Position numbers and translations under genes: made by a program. A stretch of 40,301 nt of DNA from Usitatibacteraceae bacterium (GTDB lineage: Bacteria > Pseudomonadota > Gammaproteobacteria > Burkholderiales > Usitatibacteraceae): contig JBGAOO010000001.1 in assembly GCA_044221765.1 (NCBI GenBank), positions 1-40,301 on the forward strand, given 5' to 3'. This document shows, one piece after another, positions 17,300 through 27,898 of this stretch. A model generated the notes under the pieces. That model was not told the origin of the DNA, searched no databases, and saw only the letters and a list, made by a program, of their open reading frames with translations. Numbering within the stretch: the stretch's first letter is position 1; each line of letters opens with the position of its first letter.

Positions 17300-19090
17300 A
17301 TGACTTCGAATCGCGCCGCGCGCGGCGTCCTTCTCGGCCTGGCCGCGATCGTGCTGCTGGGCACGCTCGCGTTCCTGTACTGGCGCACCGAAGGCATCGA
17401 CTTCAAGCGCGACGCCGAGGCGCTCACGCTGCTGCGCGAGCTGAAGGACCTGGACACCCGCTGGGATGCCGACGCGGCCCGCCTGGCCGCGAGCCCGACC
17501 GCCGCCGTGCCCGCCGACCGCACGCCCACGCTCCAGCGCATCCTGCGCGAGCTCGAGCGCGCGCGGGGCCGCCCGGAACTCGTCGCCGCCCTGCCGGAGA
17601 TCACGCAGGGCATGTCGGACAAGGGCAAGGCCTGGGAAGCCCTCAAGGCGCGCCACGGCGCCTCGGCGCAGGCGCTCAAGGCCTCGGACGAGGCGCTTGC
17701 GGCGCTCGCCGCCGAGGCCGGCGCCGTCCGCCTGCGCGACCCCAAGCGCGCCGAGCGCGCCTCGGCCTTCGCCGCCGAGGTCGCCGTGCTCGCCTCCGGG
17801 GCCCGCACCGCCGGCAACGAGGACGCGGGCGCGGGCCGCCCGGCCTTCGACACTCGCCTCGCCACGCTCAAGGACGCGGCCGCCGCCACGGACTACGCCC
17901 TCTCCCCGCCGGCCGACCGCGCCGACGAGGCCGTGCGCGCCTTCCTCGCCGCGCGCGCGGCCGAGCGCGAGGCCGCCGAGAAGTTCGCCTTCCTCACCGT
18001 CGGCGCGCGCGTGGACCTGCTGGCGCAGACCATCTCCCGCTCCGTGCAGGCCGCGCTCGAGGAAAAGGAGCGCTGGCGCGTCTACCTGGTCTTCTATGCC
18101 GCCGCCCTGCTGATCGGGGTGGGCTACCTGGTCGCGCGCGTGGTGGCCGCGCAGGAGGCCCTCAAGGCCGCGAACGAGGGCCTGGAGAGGCGCGTCTCCG
18201 AGCGCACGCGGGAGCTGTCCGAGACGCTCACGCGGCTGAAGGAATCCGAGGCGCAGCTCGTGCAGAGCGAGAAGATGTCCTCGCTGGGCCAGATGGTCGC
18301 CGGCGTCGCCCACGAGATCAACACGCCGCTCGCCTACGTGAAGAACAGCGTCGCCACCGTGTGCGAGCGCCTGCCCGAGCTCAAGGACGCGGTGATGCAG
18401 TCCGAGCGGCTCATGTCGCTGCTGCAGGCGGAGGCGGCCGACCCGAAGGACCTGCAGGATGCCTTCGCCGCCACCGCCACGCGCCTGGCGCAGATCCGCG
18501 ACCACCAGGTGATCGGCGACCTGGAGTCGCTCTCGAAGGACGGCCTGCACGGCATCGAGCAGATCTCGGACCTGGTGGGCAACCTCAAGAACTTCTCGCG
18601 CCTGGACCGCAGCAAGGTGGCGAGCTTCAACGTGAACGAGGGCCTGTCGGCCACCCTGCTCATCGCCCGGCCGCAGCTGCGCGGGATCGAGATCGACCGC
18701 CGGTTCGGCGAGATCCCCTCGATCACCTGCTCCCCGTCCCAGGTGAACCAGGTGTTCCTGAACCTGGTCACCAATGCCGCGCAGGCCATCGAGCGGCCGG
18801 ACAAGCGCATCCGGATCACCACCCGCCGCGAGGGCGCCGAAGCCGTGGCCATCGAGGTGGCCGACAACGGCAAGGGGATCGCCCCGGAGGTGCTGCCCAA
18901 GATCTTCGACCCCTTCTTCACCACCAAGGAGATCGGCAAGGGCACGGGCCTGGGCCTGTCCATCGTCTACAAGATCGTCTCGCAGCACGGCGGCCGGATC
19001 GACGTAAAATCGGTGGTGGGCGAGGGGACCCTCTTCACGGTCGTGCTGCCCGTCCACCCGCCCGCCGACCTGGCCGACTCGCTTCCCTGA
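17300..19090 (+). CDS. sensor histidine kinase (one N-terminal TM, long helical sensor region, second TM, HisKA + HATPase_c), no receiver
   Basis: H-box [26 protein letters not shown]-box [13 protein letters not shown]-boxes VADNGKGI and [11 protein letters not shown]. Start placed at the ATG at 17300 ([20 protein letters not shown]). The helical N-terminal region may be a DAHL-type domain, but that is uncertain. Confidence 0.85.
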   Translation: MTSNRAARGVLLGLAAIVLLGTLAFLYWRTEGIDFKRDAEALTLLRELKDLDTRWDADAARLAASPTAAVPADRTPTLQRILRELERARGRPELVAALPEITQGMSDKGKAWEALKARHGASAQALKASDEALAALAAEAGAVRLRDPKRAERASAFAAEVAVLASGARTAGNEDAGAGRPAFDTRLATLKDAAAATDYALSPPADRADEAVRAFLAARAAEREAAEKFAFLTVGARVDLLAQTISRSVQAALEEKERWRVYLVFYAAALLIGVGYLVARVVAAQEALKAANEGLERRVSERTRELSETLTRLKESEAQLVQSEKMSSLGQMVAGVAHEINTPLAYVKNSVATVCERLPELKDAVMQSERLMSLLQAEAADPKDLQDAFAATATRLAQIRDHQVIGDLESLSKDGLHGIEQISDLVGNLKNFSRLDRSKVASFNVNEGLSATLLIARPQLRGIEIDRRFGEIPSITCSPSQVNQVFLNLVTNAAQAIERPDKRIRITTRREGAEAVAIEVADNGKGIAPEVLPKIFDPFFTTKEIGKGTGLGLSIVYKIVSQHGGRIDVKSVVGEGTLFTVVLPVHPPADLADSLP

Positions 19091-19093
19091 CCC

Positions 19094-20998
19094 ATGGAAA
19101 TCCCCGAGAAGATCGGCAAGTACAGCGTCCAGGGCATCCTGGGCAAGGGGGCGACCGGGCTGGTCTACCGCGGCTTCGACCCCGGCATCAAGCGGCCGGT
19201 GGCCCTCAAGGTCATCGCCAAGGACCAGCTCGACCCGGCCGACGTCGACTACGTGATCAAGCGCTTCCGCCACGAGGCGGAGGCGGTCGGGCGCCTCACG
19301 CACCCGCGCATCGCGGCGATCTACGACTTCATCGAGACCGAGGACCTCGCCTGCATCGTGATGGAGCTGGTGAACGGCAAGAGCCTCGCGCACCACCTGA
19401 AGGAAGTCACCAAGTACGGCTTCCGCGACACCTGGGACATCATCCGCCAGGTGCTCGACGGCCTCGCCTACTCGCACGGCCAGGGCGTCATCCACCGCGA
19501 CATGAAGCCCGGCAACATCCTGATCAACGACGACGGGCGCATCAAGATCACGGACTTCGGCGTCGCGCGCATCGACACCTCGACCCTCACCGTGATGGGC
19601 GACATCGTGGGCACCCCCCACTACATGGCGCCCGAGCAGTTCAGCGGCCTGGAGGCCACCCCGGCCACCGACCTCTACCAGGTCGGCGTCATCCTCTACG
19701 AGCTGCTCACCGGGCAGCGGCCGTTCACCGGCAACAACGTCGAGATCCTGCGGCGCGTGATGAACGACCGCCCGGCGAACCCCTCCACGCACAACCCCAC
19801 GGTCACCTGGCAGCTCGACTGGGTGGTGCAGAAGGCCATCGCGAAGGACCCGAAGGAACGGTTCGCCTCCTCGCGCGAGTTCGCCGAGGCGCTCAAGGGC
19901 GCCCTCGAGGAGAGCATGGGCGTGCCGCTCGCCGTGCCGGCGGTCACCAATTCCGGGCCCAAGTCCCCCGTGGCCAACCTGCTCGACAAGGCGCGCCTCA
20001 TCGCCGGCGCCAAGGATGCCGGCGTGATGGGCGAGGCGGCCGAGACCGCTTCCGCCCCCGCCACCTTCGCCGCCGGCGGCGACGCGAAGAAGGCCCGCGT
20101 GCTCTTCGTCGACGACGAGGAGCGCATCCTGAACGCCCTGCGCACGCTCTTCCGCGGCCAGTACCACGTGTTCACGGCGGAGAACGGCCCGCTCGCCCTG
20201 GAGTTCGTGAAGCGCTTCGGCATCCACGTGGTGGTGAGCGACCAGCGCATGCCCAACATGCTCGGCACGGAGCTGCTCAAGCAGGTGAAGGAGCTCTCGC
20301 CCAATTCCGTGCGCATGCTGCTCACGGGCTACTCCGACCTCGCCTCCATCGTGGGCTCGATCAACGAGGGCGAGGTGTTCCGCTTCGTGAAGAAGCCCTG
20401 GGACAACGCCGAGATCCAGAAGACCGTCGCCGACGCCGTGGCGATCGCGATGGAGCTGGCGAGCGCCCCGGCCGTGGCCGCCACGCCCCTGGAGAAGATC
20501 GAGGCCTCGATCCTCGTGGTGGATTCGGGCGCGGACCTGGTGGACGGCCTGAAGAGCGTGCTGGGCAACATCGCGCCCATCCGCGCCGTGGCCTCGCCCG
20601 ACGACGCGCTCAAGGTGCTCGAGGCCGAGGAGGTCGCGCTCATCGTCGCCGACCTGGGCGTGGGCCAGGAGGGCCTCACCACGCTCTTCAAGCTGCTGAA
20701 GGCGCGCCACCCCGAGATCCTCTCCATCCTGGTGACGGAATCCTCGGATTCGGAGCTCGTCATCGAGCTCATCAACCAGGCGCAGATCTTCCGTTTCCTG
20801 AACAAGCCCATCAACGTGCGCCAGATGCGCGGCCACGTGGAGGCGGCGCTCGAGAAGTACCGCGCCTTCAAGCAGCGGCCCGACCTGGTGCGCGGGCACG
20901 CCGTGGTCGACAGCCTGCAGGCCAAGACCTCGCTCTGGGGCGCCAAGCTCTTCGAGCGCATCCGCTCGCTGCCCGACCGCCTGTTCTCCCGCGCCTGA
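19094..20998 (+). CDS. Hanks-type Ser/Thr protein kinase fused to two CheY-like receiver domains
   Basis: Kinase motifs GKGATGLVY, VALKVI, HRDMKPGNIL, TDFGVAR and MAPEQ. REC1: VLFVDDEE..VVVSDQRMPNMLGTELL..LLTGYSD..FVKKPW. REC2: ILVVDSGAD..LIVADLGVG..ILVTESSD..FLNKP. It starts 4 nt after the HK stop. Confidence 0.85.
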   Translation: MEIPEKIGKYSVQGILGKGATGLVYRGFDPGIKRPVALKVIAKDQLDPADVDYVIKRFRHEAEAVGRLTHPRIAAIYDFIETEDLACIVMELVNGKSLAHHLKEVTKYGFRDTWDIIRQVLDGLAYSHGQGVIHRDMKPGNILINDDGRIKITDFGVARIDTSTLTVMGDIVGTPHYMAPEQFSGLEATPATDLYQVGVILYELLTGQRPFTGNNVEILRRVMNDRPANPSTHNPTVTWQLDWVVQKAIAKDPKERFASSREFAEALKGALEESMGVPLAVPAVTNSGPKSPVANLLDKARLIAGAKDAGVMGEAAETASAPATFAAGGDAKKARVLFVDDEERILNALRTLFRGQYHVFTAENGPLALEFVKRFGIHVVVSDQRMPNMLGTELLKQVKELSPNSVRMLLTGYSDLASIVGSINEGEVFRFVKKPWDNAEIQKTVADAVAIAMELASAPAVAATPLEKIEASILVVDSGADLVDGLKSVLGNIAPIRAVASPDDALKVLEAEEVALIVADLGVGQEGLTTLFKLLKARHPEILSILVTESSDSELVIELINQAQIFRFLNKPINVRQMRGHVEAALEKYRAFKQRPDLVRGHAVVDSLQAKTSLWGAKLFERIRSLPDRLFSRA

Positions 20999-21039
20999 GC
21001 GAAGGCGCCGCCCGCGGCCTTCCCCTCCCGGACCGCCCC

Positions 21040-21825
21040 ATGACGACCCTCACCAAGGACGACCTCGCCGACCTCAAGCGCGCCAAGGCGCTGCTGGAGA
21101 ACCCCGGCCTCGCCGCGAAGCTCTCGGCGATGCTGGGCACGCCCGTGGAAAAGGGCATGAAGCTGCTGCCGGCCTCGTGGCAGAAGGGCGTGCACAAGGC
21201 GACGGAGGCGGCGCTCATGAAGGCGCTCGACGTGGCGGTGACCTCGCTGGGCGAGCGCCCGCGCCTGAAGTCCCAGGACGGCTTCCACCGCATGGCCGCG
21301 GCGGCCTCGGGCGCGGTGGGCGGCGCCTTCGGGCTCATGGCCCTCTCGGTCGAGTTGCCGGTCTCCACCACCCTCATGCTGCGCTCGATCGCCGACGTGG
21401 CCGCGAGCGAGGGCGAGAACCCGCGCCACCTGGACACCAAGCTCGCCTGCCTCACGGTGTTCGCGCTCGGGTCGACGAAGGACAAGCGCGACGACGCGGG
21501 CGAGTCGGGCTACTTCGCCGCGCGCGCGGCGCTCGCCTCCGCCGTCTCGGAGGCCTCGGCGCACCTGGCGAAGAAGGGCCTCGCGAAGTCGGGGGCGCCC
21601 GCCCTGGTGCGGCTGGTCACCACCATCGGCGCGCGCTTCGGCGTGGTCGTCTCGGAGAAGGCCGCGGTGCAGGCGATCCCGATCCTGGGCGCCGCCGGCG
21701 GCGCGATGGTGAACACGGTGTTCATCGGGCACTACCAGGACATGGCCCGGGGGCACTTCATCGTCCGGCGCCTGGAGAAGATCCACGGCGCCGATCCCGT
21801 CCGCGACGCCTACCGGAGAGCCTAG
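21040..21825 (+). CDS. EcsC family protein
   Basis: 261 aa. LENPGLAAKLSAMLGTPVEKGMKLLP..., GLMALSVELPVSTTLMLRSIADVA and QAIPILGAAGGAMVNTVFIGHYQDMARGHFIVRRLE match the EcsC (PF12787) pattern as I recall it. Confidence 0.7.
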   Translation: MTTLTKDDLADLKRAKALLENPGLAAKLSAMLGTPVEKGMKLLPASWQKGVHKATEAALMKALDVAVTSLGERPRLKSQDGFHRMAAAASGAVGGAFGLMALSVELPVSTTLMLRSIADVAASEGENPRHLDTKLACLTVFALGSTKDKRDDAGESGYFAARAALASAVSEASAHLAKKGLAKSGAPALVRLVTTIGARFGVVVSEKAAVQAIPILGAAGGAMVNTVFIGHYQDMARGHFIVRRLEKIHGADPVRDAYRRA

Positions 21826-21828
21826 AGC

Positions 21829-22122
21829 ATGAGCGCCTACGTCCTTGCCGAGATCGAGATCGACGACCCCGAAGGCTACAAGGAATACACGACGATGGTG
21901 CCCGCGACGATCGCGCAGTACGGCGGCCGCTTCCTGGTGCGCGGCGGCGCGGCCGAGGTGCTCGAGGGCGAATGGCCGCAGCGCCGGCGCGTGCTGCTGG
22001 AATTCGCCTCGATGGAGGCCGCCCGGCTCTGGTGGGATTCGCCCGAGTACGAGAAGCCCAAGGCCCTGCGGCGCGCCTCCAGCCACGGGCGCCTGCTGCT
22101 GCTCGAGGGCTTCCCCGGCTGA
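21829..22122 (+). CDS. DUF1330 domain-containing protein
   Basis: MSAYVLAEIEIDDPEGYKEYTTMVPATIAQYGGRFLVRGG..EVLEGEW..RRVLLEFASMEAARLWWDSPEY is the DUF1330 (dimeric alpha/beta barrel) pattern. Confidence 0.8.
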   Translation: MSAYVLAEIEIDDPEGYKEYTTMVPATIAQYGGRFLVRGGAAEVLEGEWPQRRRVLLEFASMEAARLWWDSPEYEKPKALRRASSHGRLLLLEGFPG

Positions 22123-22130
22123 GTTCCGGA

Positions 22131-22174
22131 GGGGACAGACGCGAAGGGGACAGACACCGAGGTGTTTGTCCCCT
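22131..22174. terminator. GGGGACAGAC direct repeat plus an 11-13 bp hairpin between convergent genes; candidate bidirectional terminator, possibly a degenerate relative of the repeat family
   Basis: GGGGACAGACGCGAAGGGGACAGACACC-GA-GGTGTTTGTCCCC followed by TTCTTCCC. The stem is 22147-22159 paired with 22162-22174, with one G-U pair. Confidence 0.45.
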
Positions 22175-22211
22175 TCTTCCCTTCAGGATGCCGGCCGGTC
22201 AGTCCGGTCTG

Positions 22212-23444
22212 TCAGCGGCCGCGCCAGGCGGGCTTGCGGAAGGACTTCCCGGCGCCGCCGGGCTTGCCCGAGGGACGCGCGCCCGAGGGCGCGCGCGAGG
22301 GCATGCGCACCTTCGGCTCCAGGCCCTCGATCACCGACACGGGAATGCGCTGGGCGGTGAAGCGCTCGATCGTGCGCACCTGCGGGTGGTCGCCGGTGTT
22401 CACCAGGCTGATCGCGATGCCCGAGCGGCCCGCGCGGCCGGTGCGGCCGATGCGGTGCACGTAGTCCTCGGCCTGGCGCGGCAGGTCGTAGTTGATCACG
22501 TGCGAGATGCCGTGCACGTCGATGCCGCGCGCGGCCACGTCGGTGGCGACGAGGACGCGCAGCCGTCCCACGTGCAGCGACTGGATGGTGCGGTTGCGCG
22601 CGCCCTGGTTCATGTCGCCGTGCAGCGCCGCGGCCGCGAAGCCCTTGGAGTGCAGGTTGAGCGCCAGCTCGTCCGCCGCGCGCTTGGTCGCGGTGAAGAC
22701 GATGGCCTGGTTCATCGAGACGTCGCGCAGCAGGTGGTCGAGCAGGCGGTTCTTGTGGCCCTGGTCGTCCGCCAGGTGCATGCGCTGCTCGATGTTCACG
22801 TTGCGCGCCTGGGCGGCGTCGATCTCCACGCGCGCCGGGTCCTTCATGAGCGCGCGGGCCAGGTGGGCGATGTTCGATTCCAGCGTCGCCGAGAAGAGCA
22901 GCGTCTGGCGCTCGGCGGGCGCCTTGGCGACGATCGCCTCGAGGTCGTCCTTGAAGCCCATGTCGAGCATGCGGTCGGCCTCGTCCAGCACCAGCAGCTG
23001 CAGGCGCGAGAGGTCGACGCGGCCCGACTGCATCTGGTCGAGCAGCCGGCCGGGCGTCGCGACGAGGATGTCCACGCCGTTCTGCAGCAGGCGGTTCTGC
23101 ACCGGGTAGGGCATGCCGCCCACGATGGAGACGATGCGCACGCGCATCCGGCGGCCGTAGGTCTCGGCGGCCTTGGTGACCTGCATGGACAGCTCGCGCG
23201 TGGGCACGAGCACCAGCACGCGCGGGCCGCGGCCGGCGCGCGCATGCGGCTCGGCGAGCAGCTGCAGCGCCGGCAGCATGAAGGCGGCGGTCTTGCCCGA
23301 GCCCGTCTGCGACGAGACCATGAGGTCGCGCCCGGTGAGGGCCTCGGGGATCACGCGCAGCTGGACGGGCGTGGGGGCGGTGTAGCCGGCGGCGGCGACA
23401 GCCTCGCACAGCGAGGGCACGAGGCCCAGGGCATTGAAAGCCAT
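22212..23444 (-). CDS. DEAD-box ATP-dependent RNA helicase (RhlE-like)
   Basis: Q-motif GYTAPTPVQ, motif I SQTGSGKTAAF, PTRELS, DEAD-box as VLDEADRML, SAT, and HRIGRTGRAG. Basic Gly/Arg-rich tail. Start trimmed to the ATG at 23444 (MAFNALGL). Confidence 0.9.
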   Translation of the reverse strand: MAFNALGLVPSLCEAVAAAGYTAPTPVQLRVIPEALTGRDLMVSSQTGSGKTAAFMLPALQLLAEPHARAGRGPRVLVLVPTRELSMQVTKAAETYGRRMRVRIVSIVGGMPYPVQNRLLQNGVDILVATPGRLLDQMQSGRVDLSRLQLLVLDEADRMLDMGFKDDLEAIVAKAPAERQTLLFSATLESNIAHLARALMKDPARVEIDAAQARNVNIEQRMHLADDQGHKNRLLDHLLRDVSMNQAIVFTATKRAADELALNLHSKGFAAAALHGDMNQGARNRTIQSLHVGRLRVLVATDVAARGIDVHGISHVINYDLPRQAEDYVHRIGRTGRAGRSGIAISLVNTGDHPQVRTIERFTAQRIPVSVIEGLEPKVRMPSRAPSGARPSGKPGGAGKSFRKPAWRGR

Positions 23445-23727
23445 TGGATGTTCTTCCGGCGCGGCCATTCCGGTGGGCGCGCGAGCGTACGGCGATTGCG
23501 AGAAAGGCATGCCGTCCGTCGTCGGAAACGGGGAATCGCGATCCGCCGCTGAAGCGGCGGGCGAGCGAAGCCGGCAGGCCAAGACACCGGCACCAACCGA
23601 CTCGCAATCCTCGAGGAAACTTCCGCGGGGGAACTGCTGCAGGAAGAGAGGAATTCTCTTCCGGGGAGGTCAGGGACGATGAACCGAAAGCGGTGAAAAA
23701 CAGGGGTTGCTGCACCGCACAACCGGC

Positions 23728-23756
23728 ACTATACCGGAAAGAGCCCTGATTACCAA
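23728..23756 (-). promoter_or_regulatory. candidate sigma70 promoter for the DEAD-box helicase
   Basis: On the minus strand: TTGGTA (23756-23751), a 17-nt spacer, then TATAGT (23733-23728). This predicts a ~275-nt leader. Confidence 0.4.
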
Positions 23757-23797
23757 TGGTTTTTTCCGGCCGCCCGTGATCGGCGGCGCGGGCGGCT

Positions 23798-24703
23798 TCA
23801 CGCCCAGTCCTTCGGCACGAGGAAATCCGTGTAGAGCCTCGCCTCGGGCGTGCCGTCCTCGGGCTTCCAGGCGTAGCGCCACTTCACGACCGGCGGCAGC
23901 GACATGAGGATGGATTCCGTGCGCCCGCCCGACTGGAGGCCGAAGTGCGTGCCGCGGTCCCAGACCAGGTTGAACTCGACATAGCGTCCGCGCCGGTACG
24001 CCTGGAAATCGCGCTCGCGCTCGCCGTAGGCGATGCCGCGCCGGCGCTCCACGATCGGCGCGTAGGCCGGGATGAACGCCTCGCCCACCGCGCGCATCAC
24101 CGCGAAGCTCCGGTCGAAGCCGAGCTCGTTGAAATCGTCGAAGAAGGTGCCGCCGATGCCGCGCGGCTCCTGGCGGTGGCGGTTGTAGAAGTACTCGTCG
24201 CACCAGGCCTTGAAGCGCGGGTGCAGGCCCGGGTCGACGGCGTCGAGCGCCGCCTTGTTCGCGCGGTGGAAGTGCGCGCAGTCCTCCTCGAAGCCGTAGT
24301 AGGGCGTGAGGTCCATCCCGCCGCCGAACCACCACACGGCCTTCGCCGCGTCGCCGTCCGGGCTCTTGGCCGCGAAGAAGCGCACGTTCATGTGCACCGT
24401 GGGCACGTAGGGGTTGCGCGGGTGGAAGACGAGCGAGACGCCCATCGCCTCCCAGGGGCGGCCGGCGATCTCCGGCCGGTGCGCCGAGGCCGAGGGCGGC
24501 AGCCGGGTCCCGGTCACGTGGGAGAAGCCGACCCCGCCGCGCTCGAGCAGGTTGCCTTCCTCCACCAGGCGCGAGAGGCCGCCGCCGCCCTCGGGGCGCT
24601 GCCATTCGTCGCGCAGGAAGGCCTTGCCGTCCAGGGCGCCGAAATGCTCGACGATCCGGTCCTGAAGGCCCGTGAGGTATTGCCTGACGGCGGTGATGTC
24701 CAT
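23798..24703 (-). CDS. hemF: oxygen-dependent coproporphyrinogen III oxidase
   Basis: 301 aa. [54 protein letters not shown] and [36 protein letters not shown] are HemF hallmarks. Confidence 0.92.
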   Translation of the reverse strand: MDITAVRQYLTGLQDRIVEHFGALDGKAFLRDEWQRPEGGGGLSRLVEEGNLLERGGVGFSHVTGTRLPPSASAHRPEIAGRPWEAMGVSLVFHPRNPYVPTVHMNVRFFAAKSPDGDAAKAVWWFGGGMDLTPYYGFEEDCAHFHRANKAALDAVDPGLHPRFKAWCDEYFYNRHRQEPRGIGGTFFDDFNELGFDRSFAVMRAVGEAFIPAYAPIVERRRGIAYGERERDFQAYRRGRYVEFNLVWDRGTHFGLQSGGRTESILMSLPPVVKWRYAWKPEDGTPEARLYTDFLVPKDWA

Positions 24704-24734
24704 GCGGGTTCCACGAAGGCGGGAACCCGCGATT

Positions 24735-26009
24735 CTACGTCCGGCGGTGGATGGCGCGGTGGCCGATGTCGCGGCGGTACTGCATGCCCTCGAAGCGGAT
24801 CCTCGCGACGGCCTCGTAGGCGCGGTCTGCGGCGATCTTCACCTTGTCGCCGAGCGCGGTGACGCAAAGCACGCGCCCGCCGCTGGTGACGGGCCTGCCC
24901 TCGCGCATCGCGGTGCCGGCATGGAAGACGTGGACGTCGTCCGGGTCCCTGGCGAGGCCCTCGATGGGGTCGCCCTTGCGCGGGGCATCGGGGTAGCCGG
25001 CGGCCGCGAGCACCACGCCCAGCGCGGCGCGCCGGTCCCACTGGGCCTCGGCCCGGTCGAGCGTGCCCGCCACGGCGTGCTCGAGGAGCTCCAGGAAATC
25101 GCTCTTGAGCCGCATCATGATGGGCTGCGTCTCCGGGTCGCCCATGCGGCAGTTGAACTCGACGACCCGGGGGGCGCCCGCCTCGTCGATCATGAGGCCG
25201 GCGTAGAGGAAGCCCGTGTAGGGGATGCCGTCGGCCTCCATGCCGCGCAGCGTGGGCAGGATCACCTCGCGCATCACGCGCGCGTGCACCTCGGGCGTGA
25301 CCACCGGCGCGGGCGAGTACGCGCCCATCCCGCCGGTGTTCGGGCCCCGGTCGCCGTCGAAGATCCGCTTGTGGTCCTGGGAGGAGGCGAAGGCGAGCGC
25401 GTGCTTGCCGTCGGCCATCACGATGAAGCTCGCCTCCTCGCCCGCCATGAACTCCTCGATCACGACGCGGTGGCCGGCCTCGCCCATCGCACCGCCCGAG
25501 AGCATCTGGTCGATGGCCTCGTGCGCCTCCGCCGGCGTGGTCGCCACCACCACGCCCTTGCCGGCGGCGAGGCCATCGGCCTTGATCACGATGGGCGCGC
25601 CTTTCAGGTCCACGTGCGCATGCGCGGCCTTCGCGTCGGTGAAGGTCGCGTAGTGCGCGGTGGGAATGCCGTGGCGCACCATGAAGCGCTTGGCGAAATC
25701 CTTGGACGACTCGAGCTGCGCGGCGGCCTTCGTGGGCCCGAAGATCGCGAGGCCCTCGGCGCGGAAGAGGTCGACGATGCCGGCGGCGAGCGGGGCCTCG
25801 GGCCCCACGACGGTGAGGTGCACGTCCTCGTCGCGGGCGAGCTTCACGAGCTCGGCCGGGGTGCTCGCCTCCACGTTGAGCAGGCCGTCCTCGCGCGCGG
25901 TGCCGGCGTTGCCGGGGGCGACCAGCACCCGCGAGACGCGGGGCGATTGCGCGAGCTTCCACGCGAGGGCGTGCTCGCGCCCGCCCGAGCCGATGACCAG
26001 GAGTTTCAT
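24735..26009 (-). CDS. purD: phosphoribosylamine--glycine ligase
   Basis: [25 protein letters not shown]..., [35 protein letters not shown] and [14 protein letters not shown]. Start trimmed to the ATG at 26009. Confidence 0.92.
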   Translation of the reverse strand: MKLLVIGSGGREHALAWKLAQSPRVSRVLVAPGNAGTAREDGLLNVEASTPAELVKLARDEDVHLTVVGPEAPLAAGIVDLFRAEGLAIFGPTKAAAQLESSKDFAKRFMVRHGIPTAHYATFTDAKAAHAHVDLKGAPIVIKADGLAAGKGVVVATTPAEAHEAIDQMLSGGAMGEAGHRVVIEEFMAGEEASFIVMADGKHALAFASSQDHKRIFDGDRGPNTGGMGAYSPAPVVTPEVHARVMREVILPTLRGMEADGIPYTGFLYAGLMIDEAGAPRVVEFNCRMGDPETQPIMMRLKSDFLELLEHAVAGTLDRAEAQWDRRAALGVVLAAAGYPDAPRKGDPIEGLARDPDDVHVFHAGTAMREGRPVTSGGRVLCVTALGDKVKIAADRAYEAVARIRFEGMQYRRDIGHRAIHRRT

Positions 26010-26020
26010 GCGGGTCCCCG

Positions 26021-27589
<1,569 letters not shown>

Positions 27590-27613
27590 GAGCGGAATTT
27601 CCCGTGGGCCCCG

Positions 27614-27898
27614 TCAGTCCAGGCCGTGTTCCTGGAGCTTCTTGCGGAGCGTGTTGCGGTTGATGCCGAGGAGCTCGGCCGCGCGGGTCTGGTTGCCCTG
27701 CGCGTGGTACATGACCACCTCGAGCAGCGGCTTCTCGACGCAGTTCACGACCATGTTGTAGATGCCCGAGGCCTTCTCGCCGTCGAGATCCTTGAAGTAC
27801 TGCTTCATCATCTTGCGCACGGTGGAGGAGAGGTCGCTCTCCCTTTCGGCGGCTTCCGCCCTCGCGGCGGCGGCGCGGGACTGGCTTCTAGGCTGCAA
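27614..27898 (-). CDS. fis: DNA-binding protein Fis
   Basis: C-terminus YFKDLDGEKASGIYNMVVNCVEKPLLEVVMYHAQGNQTRAAELLGINRNTLRKKLQEHGL is unmistakably Fis. The start is uncertain: the TTG at 27898 overlaps the dusB stop, and the alternatives are the GTG or ATG just before KMMKQYF. Confidence 0.85.
   Translation of the reverse strand: MQPRSQSRAAAARAEAAERESDLSSTVRKMMKQYFKDLDGEKASGIYNMVVNCVEKPLLEVVMYHAQGNQTRAAELLGINRNTLRKKLQEHGLD

Noticed and set aside
16352-20899. A 1515-aa ORF on the minus strand, plus similar giant ORFs: 836-2620(-), 2149-4386(-), 11053-13461(-), 5617-7137(-), 8797-10437(-), 18361-21825(+, upstream part), 21177-23552(+), 24672-26024(+), 26024-28033(+), 27762-29741(+), 30376-34605(+), 36820-38286(-).
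   Set aside because: All are antisense to, or out of frame with, genes that carry clear family signatures. Their translations are Arg/Gly/Ala/His/Asp-rich low-complexity strings, typical of stop-codon-poor frames in ~70% GC DNA. None shows a recognisable motif.
23757-23797. A hairpin (GCCGCCCG..CGGGCGGC) after hemF as a rho-independent terminator.
   Set aside because: On the hemF sense strand the stem is followed by an A-run rather than a U-run. On the plus strand the T-run precedes the stem, and no plus-strand gene ends here. It may still be structural, but it does not fit the intrinsic-terminator model.
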